Source: an uncultured Planctomycetota bacterium
GTDB lineage: Bacteria > Planctomycetota > PLA2 > JAEUHO01
NCBI GenBank assembly: GCA_963752285.1
Contig: CAVVXN010000005.1
Location: 1,216,001-1,280,000 of the forward strand
Direction: 5' to 3'
DNA: 64,000 nucleotides
In this document: positions 35,517 to 44,998 of the stretch, piece by piece
How positions within the stretch are numbered: position 1 is the stretch's first letter
How the letters are laid out: every line of letters begins with the position of its first letter
Translations under genes and position numbers: made by a program
Notes under the pieces: model-generated
What the model was told of the DNA's origin: nothing
Databases searched by the model: none
Seen by the model: the letters and a program-made list of their open reading frames with translations, nothing else

Positions 35517-36085
35517 CGCGTCCTCCCCGGGCGGCCGAGCCGTCCCTCGAGGACGAACGCGTCCACCTCGTCGGGGGAGGGCGCGGAGTGCTCCACCTCG
35601 TCCACGAGACCGAAGTAGGGCCGGAGGTCGGGGTGCGCCTCCCGGTAGGAGTTCTCGGTGGCCGGGTCGAACTGTCGGCCCGCGGCCTGGAGGTCGTTCT
35701 GCGTCGGCCCGCCCGACTGCTCGGCGATCGGACCCCGCTGGCCGCCTTCGGTCAGCGCGAAGGGCTCGACGGTCTGGGTGGCGCGGAGCCATCCCGTCTT
35801 CGCCATGGTGCCGGCGGTCGGGAGCGTCGCGACCTCGACCCACGCGCCGCGCCGCGACTGGATCCGCACCTTCGTGCCGTACGCGAGGACGTCCACGGGG
35901 TGGGAGAGCGGGGTCGGCCGCTCGCGGAGCGGGGTCCCGTCCTTCGCGAGGGTTGCCCGGATGTCGCCGACGGCGGCCTCCTCCGGTGCGGCCCCGAGAT
36001 CGCCCCACAGGACGAGGAGGGCGAGGAAGGCGAAGACCACGCCCATCCCCACCGCCGAGAGCGAGATACGACGCCTTCGGGACAC
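35513..36085 (-). CDS. Bacterial SH3-domain exported protein
   Basis: PLRERPTPLS..VDVLAYGTKVRIQSRRGAWVEV...GWL; AAGRQFDPATENSY...VDAFVLEGRL tail; GGAGG RBS before GTG 36085. Confidence 0.7.
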   Translation of the reverse strand: MSRRRRISLSAVGMGVVFAFLALLVLWGDLGAAPEEAAVGDIRATLAKDGTPLRERPTPLSHPVDVLAYGTKVRIQSRRGAWVEVATLPTAGTMAKTGWLRATQTVEPFALTEGGQRGPIAEQSGGPTQNDLQAAGRQFDPATENSYREAHPDLRPYFGLVDEVEHSAPSPDEVDAFVLEGRLGRPGRTR

Positions 36086-36203
36086 GCGACGCTCCTCCGC
36101 CATCGGGCCTTTCGGCCCTTTGGACTCCCTCCGAAACCCGGAGGAAGGGTACCCCCGTCTCGGTCACCGTCCGGTCGCGCCCGCACCGGCCAAACGCCCG
36201 GGC

Positions 36204-38501
36204 TCACTTCCCGGTCAGGGTGACCCGCCCCGACCACGCGACGCCCTCCCCGGCCGCCATGACCCCCCGCACGATCCCGCGCAGCCAGTCCGTGGCGCCG
36301 TCGCCGGGCTTGAACCGCTCCGCCTCGTCGAGCGCGGTCATCGCGAGGGCGAGGTCGCCCGCCCGCGCGGCGTCGTGGGCGCGGGTGAAGGCCGCCACGT
36401 GCGCGGCCAGGTCCGCGGGGGCGACCGACTCCATCGCCACCAGCTCGTAGACCGGCTCGGCGCCTTTGCGCCCGAAGACCACCAGGTCGCCGATCGGCTT
36501 GGCGAGGATGGCCGCGCCGGCCTCCGCGCGGGTCCGGCTCCCGATCAGGATGCCGCTCCGAAAGGCCTTGTTCGCGCCCTCGAGACGGCTCGCCAGGTTC
36601 ACCGCGTCGCCCATGCACGTGTAGTCGAAGCGCTGTTCGCTCCCCATGTTGCCCACGACGGCCGTGCCTGTGTTGATGCCGATGCGGATCCCGAACTCCG
36701 TGAGCCCCATCGACTCCCAGATCGGCCGGAGCGACGGGAGGCGCTCGAACACCGCGAGCGCGGCCCGACAGGCTTGGAGCGCGTGGGTCGGCGTCGGCAC
36801 CGGGTCGCCGAAGAACGCCATCACCGCGTCGCCCTCGAATTTGTCCACGACCCCGCCCTCCTCCATCACGGCCGCGGAGTGGGCGGTCAGGTAGCGGTTC
36901 AGGAGTGAGACGGTCTGGTCCGGCGAGAGGGACTCCGAGAGGCGCGTGAAGTTCGCCACGTCCGAGAACAAGATGGTGATGTCGCGCCGCTGCCCGCCGA
37001 GCACGAGGAGCTCGGGGTCTTGCTTGAGCGCCTCGATGATCGAGGGCGCCAGGTAGCGACCGAACGTGCCCTCGAGCCAGCGGTTGCGCCGGCCCTCGGT
37101 CAACACGCGCACGATCGACGTCGCGACCCACGTGAGCACGATGCCCATGAGAGGCGTGAACACGTCGATCGAGGTCCCGCGGCGGAAGAGGCTCCACGCG
37201 AGGACGAGGAGCAGGAGCGCGGCGAGCAGCGGCACCAGGTGCGGGAGGAGGCGCGAGCGGAGGACGCCGGCGAGCGTGCCGAGGAGCACCGTCAGCGCGA
37301 AGAGGATCAGCGCGTTCGCCGGGGCGCCCGCGCGCACCCGCCCGTCGCCGTGGAGGAGGTCGTCGAGGATCGTCGCCTGGTACTCGGGCCCGTGATACTT
37401 GCCCGAGAGGGGGGTCGTCACGATGTCCTCGATGCCCGCGATGTTCACGCCCCAGACGACGATCTTCCCCGCGAGCTCCTTCTTCGCCTCGGCGGGCATC
37501 TCGCCCGTCTCCGCGTAGAGCTGTGCCCAGCGCAGGATGTTCGCGGGCGGAACGGTGGGGTACGTGTAGAAGGGGTCGCCCCGGAAGTTCACCAGGAACG
37601 AACCGTCGTCCATGAGTCGCTCGTACGCGTCTTCGACCTCGACGCCGCCGGGGACGAAGCGGACCTGGCCCCCCGTCGCGAGCATCGCCGCGGCGAGCGC
37701 GAGCGAGGGCACGGGCCGGGCGCCCCAGCGTCCCGTCGCGGAGGCGGTCCGTACCACGCCGTCCACGTTCTCCACGACGTTCGCGAACCCGAGGTACGCC
37801 GCGCCGGCCGCGATGCGGCTCGCCGGGAGGTTCGCCCCCTCCCGCGCGATGCCCGCCGGGGCGTCGTGGAGGACGGCCTCGGCCGACTTCCCCTCCGCCG
37901 CGCGGACCCGGCTCGGTTGCTCGTACTTCGGCGTGTCGGAGAGCATGTACGCGAGCGCCACGCCGTGGCGCTTCTCGTACGCCCGCCGCTGGGGGTCCTC
38001 GGCGTCCGGGCCCTTCGGAGGCTCCTCCCCGGCGAACCGGAACGCCGCGAAGGCCTGGCCGAGCTCCGCGCCCTGCTCCTCCTCGTTGTCGAACAGCCGG
38101 CGGCTGACCGCGTCGGGCTCGCGCTTCAAGTCGAGGTCGTCGATCCCGACCCCGTGGTCGAAGTGGAACACGTCCACCACGACGGCTTCGACGCCCGCCT
38201 CCTTCATGAGCTGGAAGGCCTGGGTGTTGAGCTCGAGGGGCCAGGGCCACCGCTGGAACCACGCCTCCCACACGGCGCGGACGTCCGCCTCGGTGATCTC
38301 CGCGAGGACGATCCGGGGGTCCGGCGGGCGGGTGGCGAGGAAGTGGCGCGTCCTGACGTCGATGAAGCGGAGCTCGACGGACTCGAAGAGGTCGGTCGGC
38401 CGCAGGAGGAGCAGGAGCCCGCCGATCGCCACGCCGATCAGGGCGCCGAGGACGATCCTCGCGCCGGTCGGCATGTCGTGCAGGCGGGGGATCCGCTTCA
38501 T
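36204..38501 (-). CDS. CHASE2-domain class III adenylate/guanylate cyclase
   Basis: PDPRIVLAEI, RWPWP, DGVVR (CHASE2); 3 TM; ILFSDVANFT, VDKFEGDAVMAFFG, GNMGS..RFDYTCMGDAVNLASRLEG (Lys/Asp pattern typical of ATP use). Confidence 0.92.
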   Translation of the reverse strand: MKRIPRLHDMPTGARIVLGALIGVAIGGLLLLLRPTDLFESVELRFIDVRTRHFLATRPPDPRIVLAEITEADVRAVWEAWFQRWPWPLELNTQAFQLMKEAGVEAVVVDVFHFDHGVGIDDLDLKREPDAVSRRLFDNEEEQGAELGQAFAAFRFAGEEPPKGPDAEDPQRRAYEKRHGVALAYMLSDTPKYEQPSRVRAAEGKSAEAVLHDAPAGIAREGANLPASRIAAGAAYLGFANVVENVDGVVRTASATGRWGARPVPSLALAAAMLATGGQVRFVPGGVEVEDAYERLMDDGSFLVNFRGDPFYTYPTVPPANILRWAQLYAETGEMPAEAKKELAGKIVVWGVNIAGIEDIVTTPLSGKYHGPEYQATILDDLLHGDGRVRAGAPANALILFALTVLLGTLAGVLRSRLLPHLVPLLAALLLLVLAWSLFRRGTSIDVFTPLMGIVLTWVATSIVRVLTEGRRNRWLEGTFGRYLAPSIIEALKQDPELLVLGGQRRDITILFSDVANFTRLSESLSPDQTVSLLNRYLTAHSAAVMEEGGVVDKFEGDAVMAFFGDPVPTPTHALQACRAALAVFERLPSLRPIWESMGLTEFGIRIGINTGTAVVGNMGSEQRFDYTCMGDAVNLASRLEGANKAFRSGILIGSRTRAEAGAAILAKPIGDLVVFGRKGAEPVYELVAMESVAPADLAAHVAAFTRAHDAARAGDLALAMTALDEAERFKPGDGATDWLRGIVRGVMAAGEGVAWSGRVTLTGK

Positions 38502-38561
38502 GAGGCTCCCTGGTAGAGTGGCCCGGCGCCGGCGGGGCTCCCGCGACGCGCGCCGCTCGGG

Positions 38562-39821
38562 ATGATACGCCTCGCCCTCCTCGTCCTCGCCAACGTGGCC
38601 GGCTCCGCATTCTGCTCGCTCACGGAGGCGGCGCTCCTGGCCTCCAGCGAGGCGCGGATCCTCGGCCGCGTCCAGCTCGGCCAGCGCGGGGCGGAGCGGC
38701 TGCTGCGCATACGCAGGGACCCCGGCCCGACGCTCTCTTCGATCGTCTTCCTGAACAACGTGTTCGCGGTGGCGGGCACGGCCTACATCACGAGCCTCGC
38801 GACCGAGATCGTCCCGACCGCGTGGGGCCTGGCGGCCTTCATCGGGCTCGAGACCGTCGTGATCATCGCGTTCGGGGAGATCGCGCCGAAGCTCCTCGGG
38901 GAGGCCCTGCCCGAGCCGATCGCCGGGTTCTGCGCGCCGGTCCTCGTGGTCGTCCGCCGCCTGATGGCGCCCTTGACGACGCTGGTCAAGCTGCTGACGT
39001 TCTGGGCCCGGCCGCGCTCCCGGGTCGAGTCCGGAGGCGAGAACGAGATCCGCCACCTCGCCAGGCTCGGCCAGGAGGGCGGCCACCTCGACCCCGGCGA
39101 GGCCGACCTGATCCACCGCGTCTTCCGGCTCGACGACATCACGGCCGAAGACGTGATGACCCCACGGAGGCTCGTCAACGGGTTCCCGGCGGACCGGACG
39201 CTCCTCGAGGCCCGTCCGCGGCTCCTCGAGTCGAACCACAGCCAGTTCCCGGTGTACGAGAACGACCTCGACGCCGTGGTCGGCGTGCTCTGGTTGAAGG
39301 AGGCGCTCGGCGCGCTCGTGCGCGGCGAGGGCGAACGCACGGTCCGCGAGGTGATGCGGCCGGCGAAGTTCGTCCCGCCCTCGCGCGCGGTGGACGACGT
39401 CTTCCAGGACCTCCAGAGCGGAGGGCGACGGATGCTCGTCGTGATCGACGAGTACGGCTCGACGATGGGCATCGTCACGATCGACGACCTCGTGGAGGAG
39501 CTCGTCGGCGAGGCGATCGACGAGACCGACGTCTCCGCGGGCCTCGTGAAGCGCGTCTCCCGCACGTCGGCGATCGTCCACGGCCTGACGCGCGTCCGCG
39601 ACGTGGCGCGGTTCCTCAAGTGCACCCCGCCGGACCCGGACTCGGAGGAGGAGACGAGCACCGTCGCCGGTCTCCTCCAGGAACGGCTCGAGCGGATCCC
39701 GGTGAAGGGCGACCTCGTGGAGCTCCCGGGGGGCCTGCTCCTCGAGGTCCGCGAGGCGGACGGCCGGATGGCGACGCGCGTGCTCGCCCGCAACACCGCG
39801 CGGGTCCCGTCCGAGGGTTGA
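38562..39821 (+). CDS. CNNM/CorC (hemolysin C-like) DUF21-CBS-CorC protein
   Basis: FCSLTEAALL, FGEIAPK, VMTPR, VIDEYGSTMGIVTIDDLVEELVGE, TVAGLL..RIP. Confidence 0.9.
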   Translation: MIRLALLVLANVAGSAFCSLTEAALLASSEARILGRVQLGQRGAERLLRIRRDPGPTLSSIVFLNNVFAVAGTAYITSLATEIVPTAWGLAAFIGLETVVIIAFGEIAPKLLGEALPEPIAGFCAPVLVVVRRLMAPLTTLVKLLTFWARPRSRVESGGENEIRHLARLGQEGGHLDPGEADLIHRVFRLDDITAEDVMTPRRLVNGFPADRTLLEARPRLLESNHSQFPVYENDLDAVVGVLWLKEALGALVRGEGERTVREVMRPAKFVPPSRAVDDVFQDLQSGGRRMLVVIDEYGSTMGIVTIDDLVEELVGEAIDETDVSAGLVKRVSRTSAIVHGLTRVRDVARFLKCTPPDPDSEEETSTVAGLLQERLERIPVKGDLVELPGGLLLEVREADGRMATRVLARNTARVPSEG

Positions 39822-39834
39822 CCGCGGGGCCCGC

Positions 39835-41538
39835 TCAGCGCGGCACGGGCGCGCGCACGACCCCGCCGGTGCGGCTCTCGAGCACGACCCGCGTCGGGGT
39901 CCCGTCGGGTCTCAGGAGGAGCGTCCTCGACGAGGTACCCGCGACGCCGTCCGGCAGGAGCACCCGGCCCCCTTCGACCGACAAGGCCGCGGTCGGCTCA
40001 CCCGGCTGCACCTCCACCGCCGCGAGGACCCGGGCCCCGTCGAAGCGCACGCGGTCCGGGGGCAGCGTCGCGAAGCGGCGCGCCATCCCGTGGATCGTCG
40101 GGAGCACGCCGTCGTTCGCGACGACGACGCGGAGCCACCCGTCCGCCGTGCGCTCCCCCGCCCGGATCGAGAGGCGCGGCAGCATCGACGCGTGCTCGAG
40201 GGTGAAGAGCGTGTTCCGGACCGCCGTCTCGGGGAGGAAGTCCGGCGGGTCGGCGCGCAGCGTGAACCGGCGCCACCCGCCCACCTCCACGGTCCCGAGG
40301 TCGGGATGTGGGACCTCGTGCCAGCGGACGAAGCCCTCGCCGTGCAGCGCGACGTCGTTCCAGTGGAGCGCGGCGAGGTCCGGGTCCTCCTTCGCGCCGG
40401 GGCCCGCCCGCCCCACCTCGCCCCACAGCTCGTTCGTGAACGAGAACACGCCGAGGTCCACGTAGGTCCAGTCCACGAAGCCGCCGAACACGCGGTAGAG
40501 CCCCTCCCGGATCTGGAGGTACCGGTAGTCCGGCAGCACGAACAGGCCACGCCGCGCGATCTCGTCGTAGGCGCGCGCGTCCTCGCGCGGCATCCGGGCC
40601 TCCCGGTCCGTGAGCGCGGCGGGCGGCCGGAGCATCATCCGTCCCGCGTTGTGGTAGCTCTGCACGCCGGCCAGGTGAGGGACACGGAGGAGATACGTCG
40701 CCACGGCCCTCGTCTCGGGCTCCGAGAGCGGATACGGCCCCGCGCCGTACTGGACGCCCTCGGGGCGCCACGCCTCGGGCCAGTTGCGGTTCATGTCCAC
40801 GCCGCCCTCGGGGTCCTCGTCGATCTCGCCGTCCCCGTCGTCGTCCTTGCCCTCGAGGCCGAGCAGGCGGTACTGGCCCCGCTCGCCCGGCCTCCGAAGG
40901 CGCATCAGACGGTCGTCCCGCTCGTCCACGACGAACGGGCCGTTCTCGTCGCGGATGCGCATCTCGAGGATCTGGCCATCGCCGTCGAGGTCGTCCGGGC
41001 CGTCCTCGTCCACGAGGCCGTCGCGGTCGTCGTCTACCGGCCGGACGCCGCCGCGCGGCCCGTGCTCGGTGCCGGGGACGTGGAAGAAGCGCTGACGCGC
41101 GTCGGGGTTCACGGTGGGCGCCACCAGGAACGTCACGCGCCGCAGCAGGTCGCGCACGAACGGGTCGTCCTTCACGAGGAGGTAGCGGATCGTGAACAGG
41201 CAGACCTCCGCCGCCTGCACCTCGTTTCCGTGGACGTTCCCGTCGATCCACATCGTGGGGCGCTCGTCGGGATCGCCGCCCTGCGGGTCGAAGACGGACA
41301 TCACCCAGAGGTCGCGTCCCTCGCGGCTCTTCCCCATCGACTCGAGGCGCGTGCGCTCGGGCCAGGCCTCGTGCACCCGTTGGAGCGCGGCCGCGAGCTG
41401 GTCGGAGTCGTAGTAGTGGTCGAACGTCAGGAACGAGAGCGCCCGCGGGTCGTCGTCCGCGCGCCCGGCGCCGGCGGAGAGGCCGAGGGCGAGGACCCCG
41501 AGCGAGACGACCGCGAGGAACAGAAAGGCGCGCCTCAT
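39835..41538 (-). CDS. M14 zinc carboxypeptidase-family protein (intact zinc ligands)
   Basis: GKSREGR, DGNVHGNE (HxxE), NPDA, VDMNRNWP, YPLSEPET, SYHNAG, FTNELW; DxDGDG repeats. Confidence 0.88.
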   Translation of the reverse strand: MRRAFLFLAVVSLGVLALGLSAGAGRADDDPRALSFLTFDHYYDSDQLAAALQRVHEAWPERTRLESMGKSREGRDLWVMSVFDPQGGDPDERPTMWIDGNVHGNEVQAAEVCLFTIRYLLVKDDPFVRDLLRRVTFLVAPTVNPDARQRFFHVPGTEHGPRGGVRPVDDDRDGLVDEDGPDDLDGDGQILEMRIRDENGPFVVDERDDRLMRLRRPGERGQYRLLGLEGKDDDGDGEIDEDPEGGVDMNRNWPEAWRPEGVQYGAGPYPLSEPETRAVATYLLRVPHLAGVQSYHNAGRMMLRPPAALTDREARMPREDARAYDEIARRGLFVLPDYRYLQIREGLYRVFGGFVDWTYVDLGVFSFTNELWGEVGRAGPGAKEDPDLAALHWNDVALHGEGFVRWHEVPHPDLGTVEVGGWRRFTLRADPPDFLPETAVRNTLFTLEHASMLPRLSIRAGERTADGWLRVVVANDGVLPTIHGMARRFATLPPDRVRFDGARVLAAVEVQPGEPTAALSVEGGRVLLPDGVAGTSSRTLLLRPDGTPTRVVLESRTGGVVRAPVPR

Positions 41539-43187
41539 GGTGCGAGGACCTCGGCCCGCGCCTCGCGGGCGCGGGGGTGGATCACACGAACGCGCGCGAG
41601 CGGGCCGTCGGCGTGGCCCTCGAGCAGCCAGCGTGCGGAGGACGACACCGCGCCGGCCTCGATCCGGCCGACGCGGGCGGCGGGCCCGCCCGCGACCACG
41701 AGCACGCCCGACGCGGGCTCCAGGAGGACGCGGACCGGGTGGTGGACGCGACGCGCCTCCGCCTGCTCGGTGTCGGTCGGCGCCTCGCCGCGATTGGCGA
41801 CGCGGACCGTCACGGAGTAGAGGCCCGCCCCCACCGACTCGACCTCGACGAGGGGCTCGAGCCGGGGGACGAACCGCGCGAGCGCGGCGAGTGCCTCGAC
41901 GACGGGTGGGACCAGGTCGGCCAGCCGGTCCCGCGGGGGCTCGTAGCGCGTGAAGCGCCGCCAACCGCCGATCTCGACCGCGCCGAGGGTCGGGTGCCGG
42001 AACGCGTGCCACGGCACGAAGCCGCGACCGGAGAGGACGCGCTCGTCCCAGAGCGCCCAGTCCACGTCGTCGGCGACCTCGCGCGGCTCCGTGCGGCCCG
42101 GGTCCTTCTCGACCCACCAGAGCGGCAGGCGCGCCGCGGCCAGGCCGAGGTGGCAGACGGCCCAGTCGAGGTCGCTCCCCGGGCTCTTCTGCGGGAGGCC
42201 CGACGCGGGGGCGAGCGGCCGCCGGACCGCCTCGGCGAGTGCGCGGCCCACGCGCTCCTCGAAGCCCCGGTCCCCGCCCGGGAGCGGACCCGCCTCCGGA
42301 CCGTAGAGGACGCGCGGCCCCGCGCTCTCGAGCCCGACGAACAGGACGAGGCCGGCCTCGTTCCACGTGAGGTCCATCAGCGCGCGCGCCTCGGGGGCGG
42401 ATCCCGGGAACGGCCCGTCTCCGTCCCAGGGGCCCTGCCCCTCGAACCATCCCTCGATACCTCGCGTGAGGTCGAGTCCGGGGGGGTCCTCGTTCACGCG
42501 GCCGTCGCCGTCGTCGTCCCGGCCCTCGTCGAAGAGGTCGTACGAGCGGGCGCGCCGCGCGTCGGTGCCGGCGGGGACGACGTCCCTCCGCTCGGCGGCC
42601 AGGCCCGGAGGCGCCGCGGCGTCCGCGAACGCGCCCGCGACCGAGAGGCGGCGCATCTTCACGATCTCGCCGTCCTGGTCCAGGTCGCGCGGTCCGTCCT
42701 CGCCGCGACGCCCATCCCGGTCCCGGTCCACGTCGCCGCCGCCGGGGGGGTAGGCGCCGAGGAAGAAGCCGTCGAGCGCGTCCGGGTTCGGGGCGGGGAC
42801 GAGGAGGAACGCCACGTCGTGCTCGGCCGGCCGCTCGACGAGCCGCTCCGCGAGAGCGAGAACCGCGACCGGCCCCGCGGCGTCCCGCCGTCCCAGGCCG
42901 CCGTGGACGAAGACGGTGGACGGCCCGCGTCCCAACGCGAGGCACACGAGCGGACGTCCGCCGGCGCTCGTGCCGTAGCGTCTCACCTCGGCGGCGAGCC
43001 CGCGCGCCGCGGCCCGGCGCTGGAGGCGGTCGAGGCGCGCGGCGACCTCGGACGACGAGAGGTAGCGCGGCGGAGCGCGGTCCACGGCGCTTGCCGCGGG
43101 CTCGTCTCCGCGCGCGCCGAACGCGCCCGCGACTCCGAGGAGCACGACGAGTGAGGCGAGCGAGACGGACGTACGCCGGACGATCAC
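41535..43187 (-). CDS. M14-fold paralog with degenerate active site
   Basis: YGTSAGGRPL, PNPDA, DLTRG, PEARAL; HxxE position reads GGLGRRD and the third ligand His is absent (GLESAG). Confidence 0.75.
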   Translation of the reverse strand: MIVRRTSVSLASLVVLLGVAGAFGARGDEPAASAVDRAPPRYLSSSEVAARLDRLQRRAAARGLAAEVRRYGTSAGGRPLVCLALGRGPSTVFVHGGLGRRDAAGPVAVLALAERLVERPAEHDVAFLLVPAPNPDALDGFFLGAYPPGGGDVDRDRDGRRGEDGPRDLDQDGEIVKMRRLSVAGAFADAAAPPGLAAERRDVVPAGTDARRARSYDLFDEGRDDDGDGRVNEDPPGLDLTRGIEGWFEGQGPWDGDGPFPGSAPEARALMDLTWNEAGLVLFVGLESAGPRVLYGPEAGPLPGGDRGFEERVGRALAEAVRRPLAPASGLPQKSPGSDLDWAVCHLGLAAARLPLWWVEKDPGRTEPREVADDVDWALWDERVLSGRGFVPWHAFRHPTLGAVEIGGWRRFTRYEPPRDRLADLVPPVVEALAALARFVPRLEPLVEVESVGAGLYSVTVRVANRGEAPTDTEQAEARRVHHPVRVLLEPASGVLVVAGGPAARVGRIEAGAVSSSARWLLEGHADGPLARVRVIHPRAREARAEVLAP

Positions 43188-43252
43188 GGCGCGAGCCTAC
43201 ACGCCCGCCCGGCACGCCCGCCGGGCCGGCGCGACCGTCCGCGCGCGGTGGC

Positions 43253-43333
43253 TCAGATGAGCAGGGCGAGAGCGAGGCCGAGGGCCACCAGGCCCATCGT
43301 GCCCCACTCCGAGAGCAGTCGTTCTCGCGTCAT
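43253..43333 (-). CDS. Possible 26-aa single-TM small protein
   Basis: MTRERLLSEWGTMGLVALGLALALLI; GAAGG 7 nt upstream of ATG; fills an intergenic gap. Confidence 0.3.
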   Translation of the reverse strand: MTRERLLSEWGTMGLVALGLALALLI

Positions 43334-43410
43334 CTCGGTGCCTTCCGGACGTCTCCCGGCCGCGGGCCGCGGGGGCGAGGAGGGCGCTGCCCTCACCGCC
43401 GCCCCCGAGC

Positions 43411-44208
43411 CTAGGCGAGGGGGGGGACAGTCCCCCGGGCCCCGGACGGCGCCCCCGCTTCCGGGACGGCGACCGACTCCCCCCGCCCCGCCGGCCCGAC
43501 CCCCCGCCCCCGCCCCCGGCCTCGGGCGCGGGGGGCCCCCACGAGCGCGTCCGCCCGGACCGCCAGGCGCTCGAGCCGGGCCTCCACGTCCCGCCGGATC
43601 CGCTCGAGGCCCGCGCGGTCCACGTCCCGGGGCACGAAGATCGGTCCGTCCGCGAGAGAGACGGCCCGGGACCAGGGGCGCGGGACGAGGAAGCGGGCCC
43701 ACGACCGCTCGAGCACGGCGACCGGGAGGTACGACGTGCGGACGAGCCAGAGCGGCCGGCCGCTCTCCCGGGCGAGGTGGAGCACCCCGGGCTTCAGGAC
43801 GCGGGCCGGGGGCCGGGGGCCGTCCGAAACGACCGCGACCGAGGCCTGCTCGGAGGCGAGGAGGCGGTGCAGCGAGAGGAGGGCCGCCGCGCCCCGCCGG
43901 GCGGACGACCCCCGGATCGCGCGGCGGAAGCCGACGCCCTCGGCCGCCGCCGCCGCGAGGCCGCCGTCCCGGCTGGCGCTCGCGAGGACGTACGTCCGGC
44001 GCCGGACGTTCCAGCGCGACAGGTAGCCCATCGTGTAGAGGAAGTCCTGGTGCCAGCACGCGAAGATCGCCGGCTCGCGCGTCCGGAGCAGGGCGAGGAG
44101 CCGGGGGTCGTGCCGGAAGAGGAACCCCGAGAACATGAACGCCCGGTAGATCCGGAGGAGCAAGCCGGCGAGCGTCCGCGCCGTCGGGGTGTCGAGCATG
44201 CGCTTCAC
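43411..44208 (-). CDS. DUF374/lysophospholipid acyltransferase-like protein
   Basis: IFACWHQ, LASASRDG, IRGSSAR.G, DGPRPPA.VLKPGV. Confidence 0.85.
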   Translation of the reverse strand: MKRMLDTPTARTLAGLLLRIYRAFMFSGFLFRHDPRLLALLRTREPAIFACWHQDFLYTMGYLSRWNVRRRTYVLASASRDGGLAAAAAEGVGFRRAIRGSSARRGAAALLSLHRLLASEQASVAVVSDGPRPPARVLKPGVLHLARESGRPLWLVRTSYLPVAVLERSWARFLVPRPWSRAVSLADGPIFVPRDVDRAGLERIRRDVEARLERLAVRADALVGAPRARGRGRGRGVGPAGRGESVAVPEAGAPSGARGTVPPLA

Positions 44209-44293
44209 CGGCGCCGCCTCCTCCCCGCCGAACGCGAGGTCGCCCCGCGCCGCCCCCCGGGCCGGCCCGCCGGCCGGGACCGTCCCCCGGGCG

Positions 44294-44857
44294 TCAACGG
44301 TTCACGCGCTCCTGGAACTCGCCCGTCACGGTGCTCACGCGGATCGTGTCTCCCGTGTTGATGTGCGCGGGCACCTTGACCACGAAACCCGTCTCGAGCG
44401 TCGCGGGCTTCAGCACGTTGCTCACCGTGTTCCCCTTCGCCGCGGGCTCCGTGTCGGTGATCACGAGGTCCACGTTCGCGGGCAGCTCCAGGCCGATCGG
44501 AATCCCCTCGTGGAAGGTGACCTCGACCTCCGCGTTGGGCTTCACGAAGCTCATGGCGTCGCCGAGCACGTCCCTCGGCAGCGAGAACTGCTCGAACGTC
44601 TGCTGGTCCATGAAGACCGGGCCGGTGCTGGGGTCGTCGTAGAGGTACTCCACCTTCTTCTTGTCGAGCCAGGCCCGCTCGACGTTCGCGGTGGACTGGA
44701 ACCGATCCGACATGTGGACCCCGGACTTCACGTTCCGGAGCTTCACCTGGACGAAGGCGCGCCAGTTCCCGGGCGTGCGGTGATCGACCTCGACGGCTTG
44801 CCACAGCTCGCCCTTGATGATCAGGATGCTCCCCTTGCGGATGTCGTTGGCCTGCAT
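44294..44857 (-). CDS. efp: Translation elongation factor P
   Basis: ANDIRKG, HRTPGNWRAFVQVKLRN, EYLY, FMDQQTFEQ, TEPAAKGNT, KPATLETG, VPAHINTGD, TGEFQER. Confidence 0.95.
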   Translation of the reverse strand: MQANDIRKGSILIIKGELWQAVEVDHRTPGNWRAFVQVKLRNVKSGVHMSDRFQSTANVERAWLDKKKVEYLYDDPSTGPVFMDQQTFEQFSLPRDVLGDAMSFVKPNAEVEVTFHEGIPIGLELPANVDLVITDTEPAAKGNTVSNVLKPATLETGFVVKVPAHINTGDTIRVSTVTGEFQERVNR

Positions 44858-44998
44858 GTGCGGCTCCGGCGGCGATCGGGTCCGAACCGACAAGCGTACC
44901 GCGGGCCCGTCCGGGTGGCCCGGTTCCCCGAGCGCCGCGGGCGGGATCCGCGGCGGCGGCCAGGTGGGTGCCGACGGACCCGGCTCGAGCCGGCGGCG

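Noticed and set aside
36100..36170. CCAAA-GGGCC-GAAA-GGCCC-GAUGG hairpin (minus strand) resembling P2 of a c-di-GMP-I riboswitch upstream of the SH3 gene
   Set aside because: The following AAA junction and P3 tetraloop receptor are not visible; treated as an ordinary leader or terminator hairpin.
21055..43154. Long plus-strand ORFs such as 24774..29495, 32301..35618, 40090..41820
   Set aside because: Antisense to well-supported opp, murJ, M48 and M14 genes; no recognisable domains.
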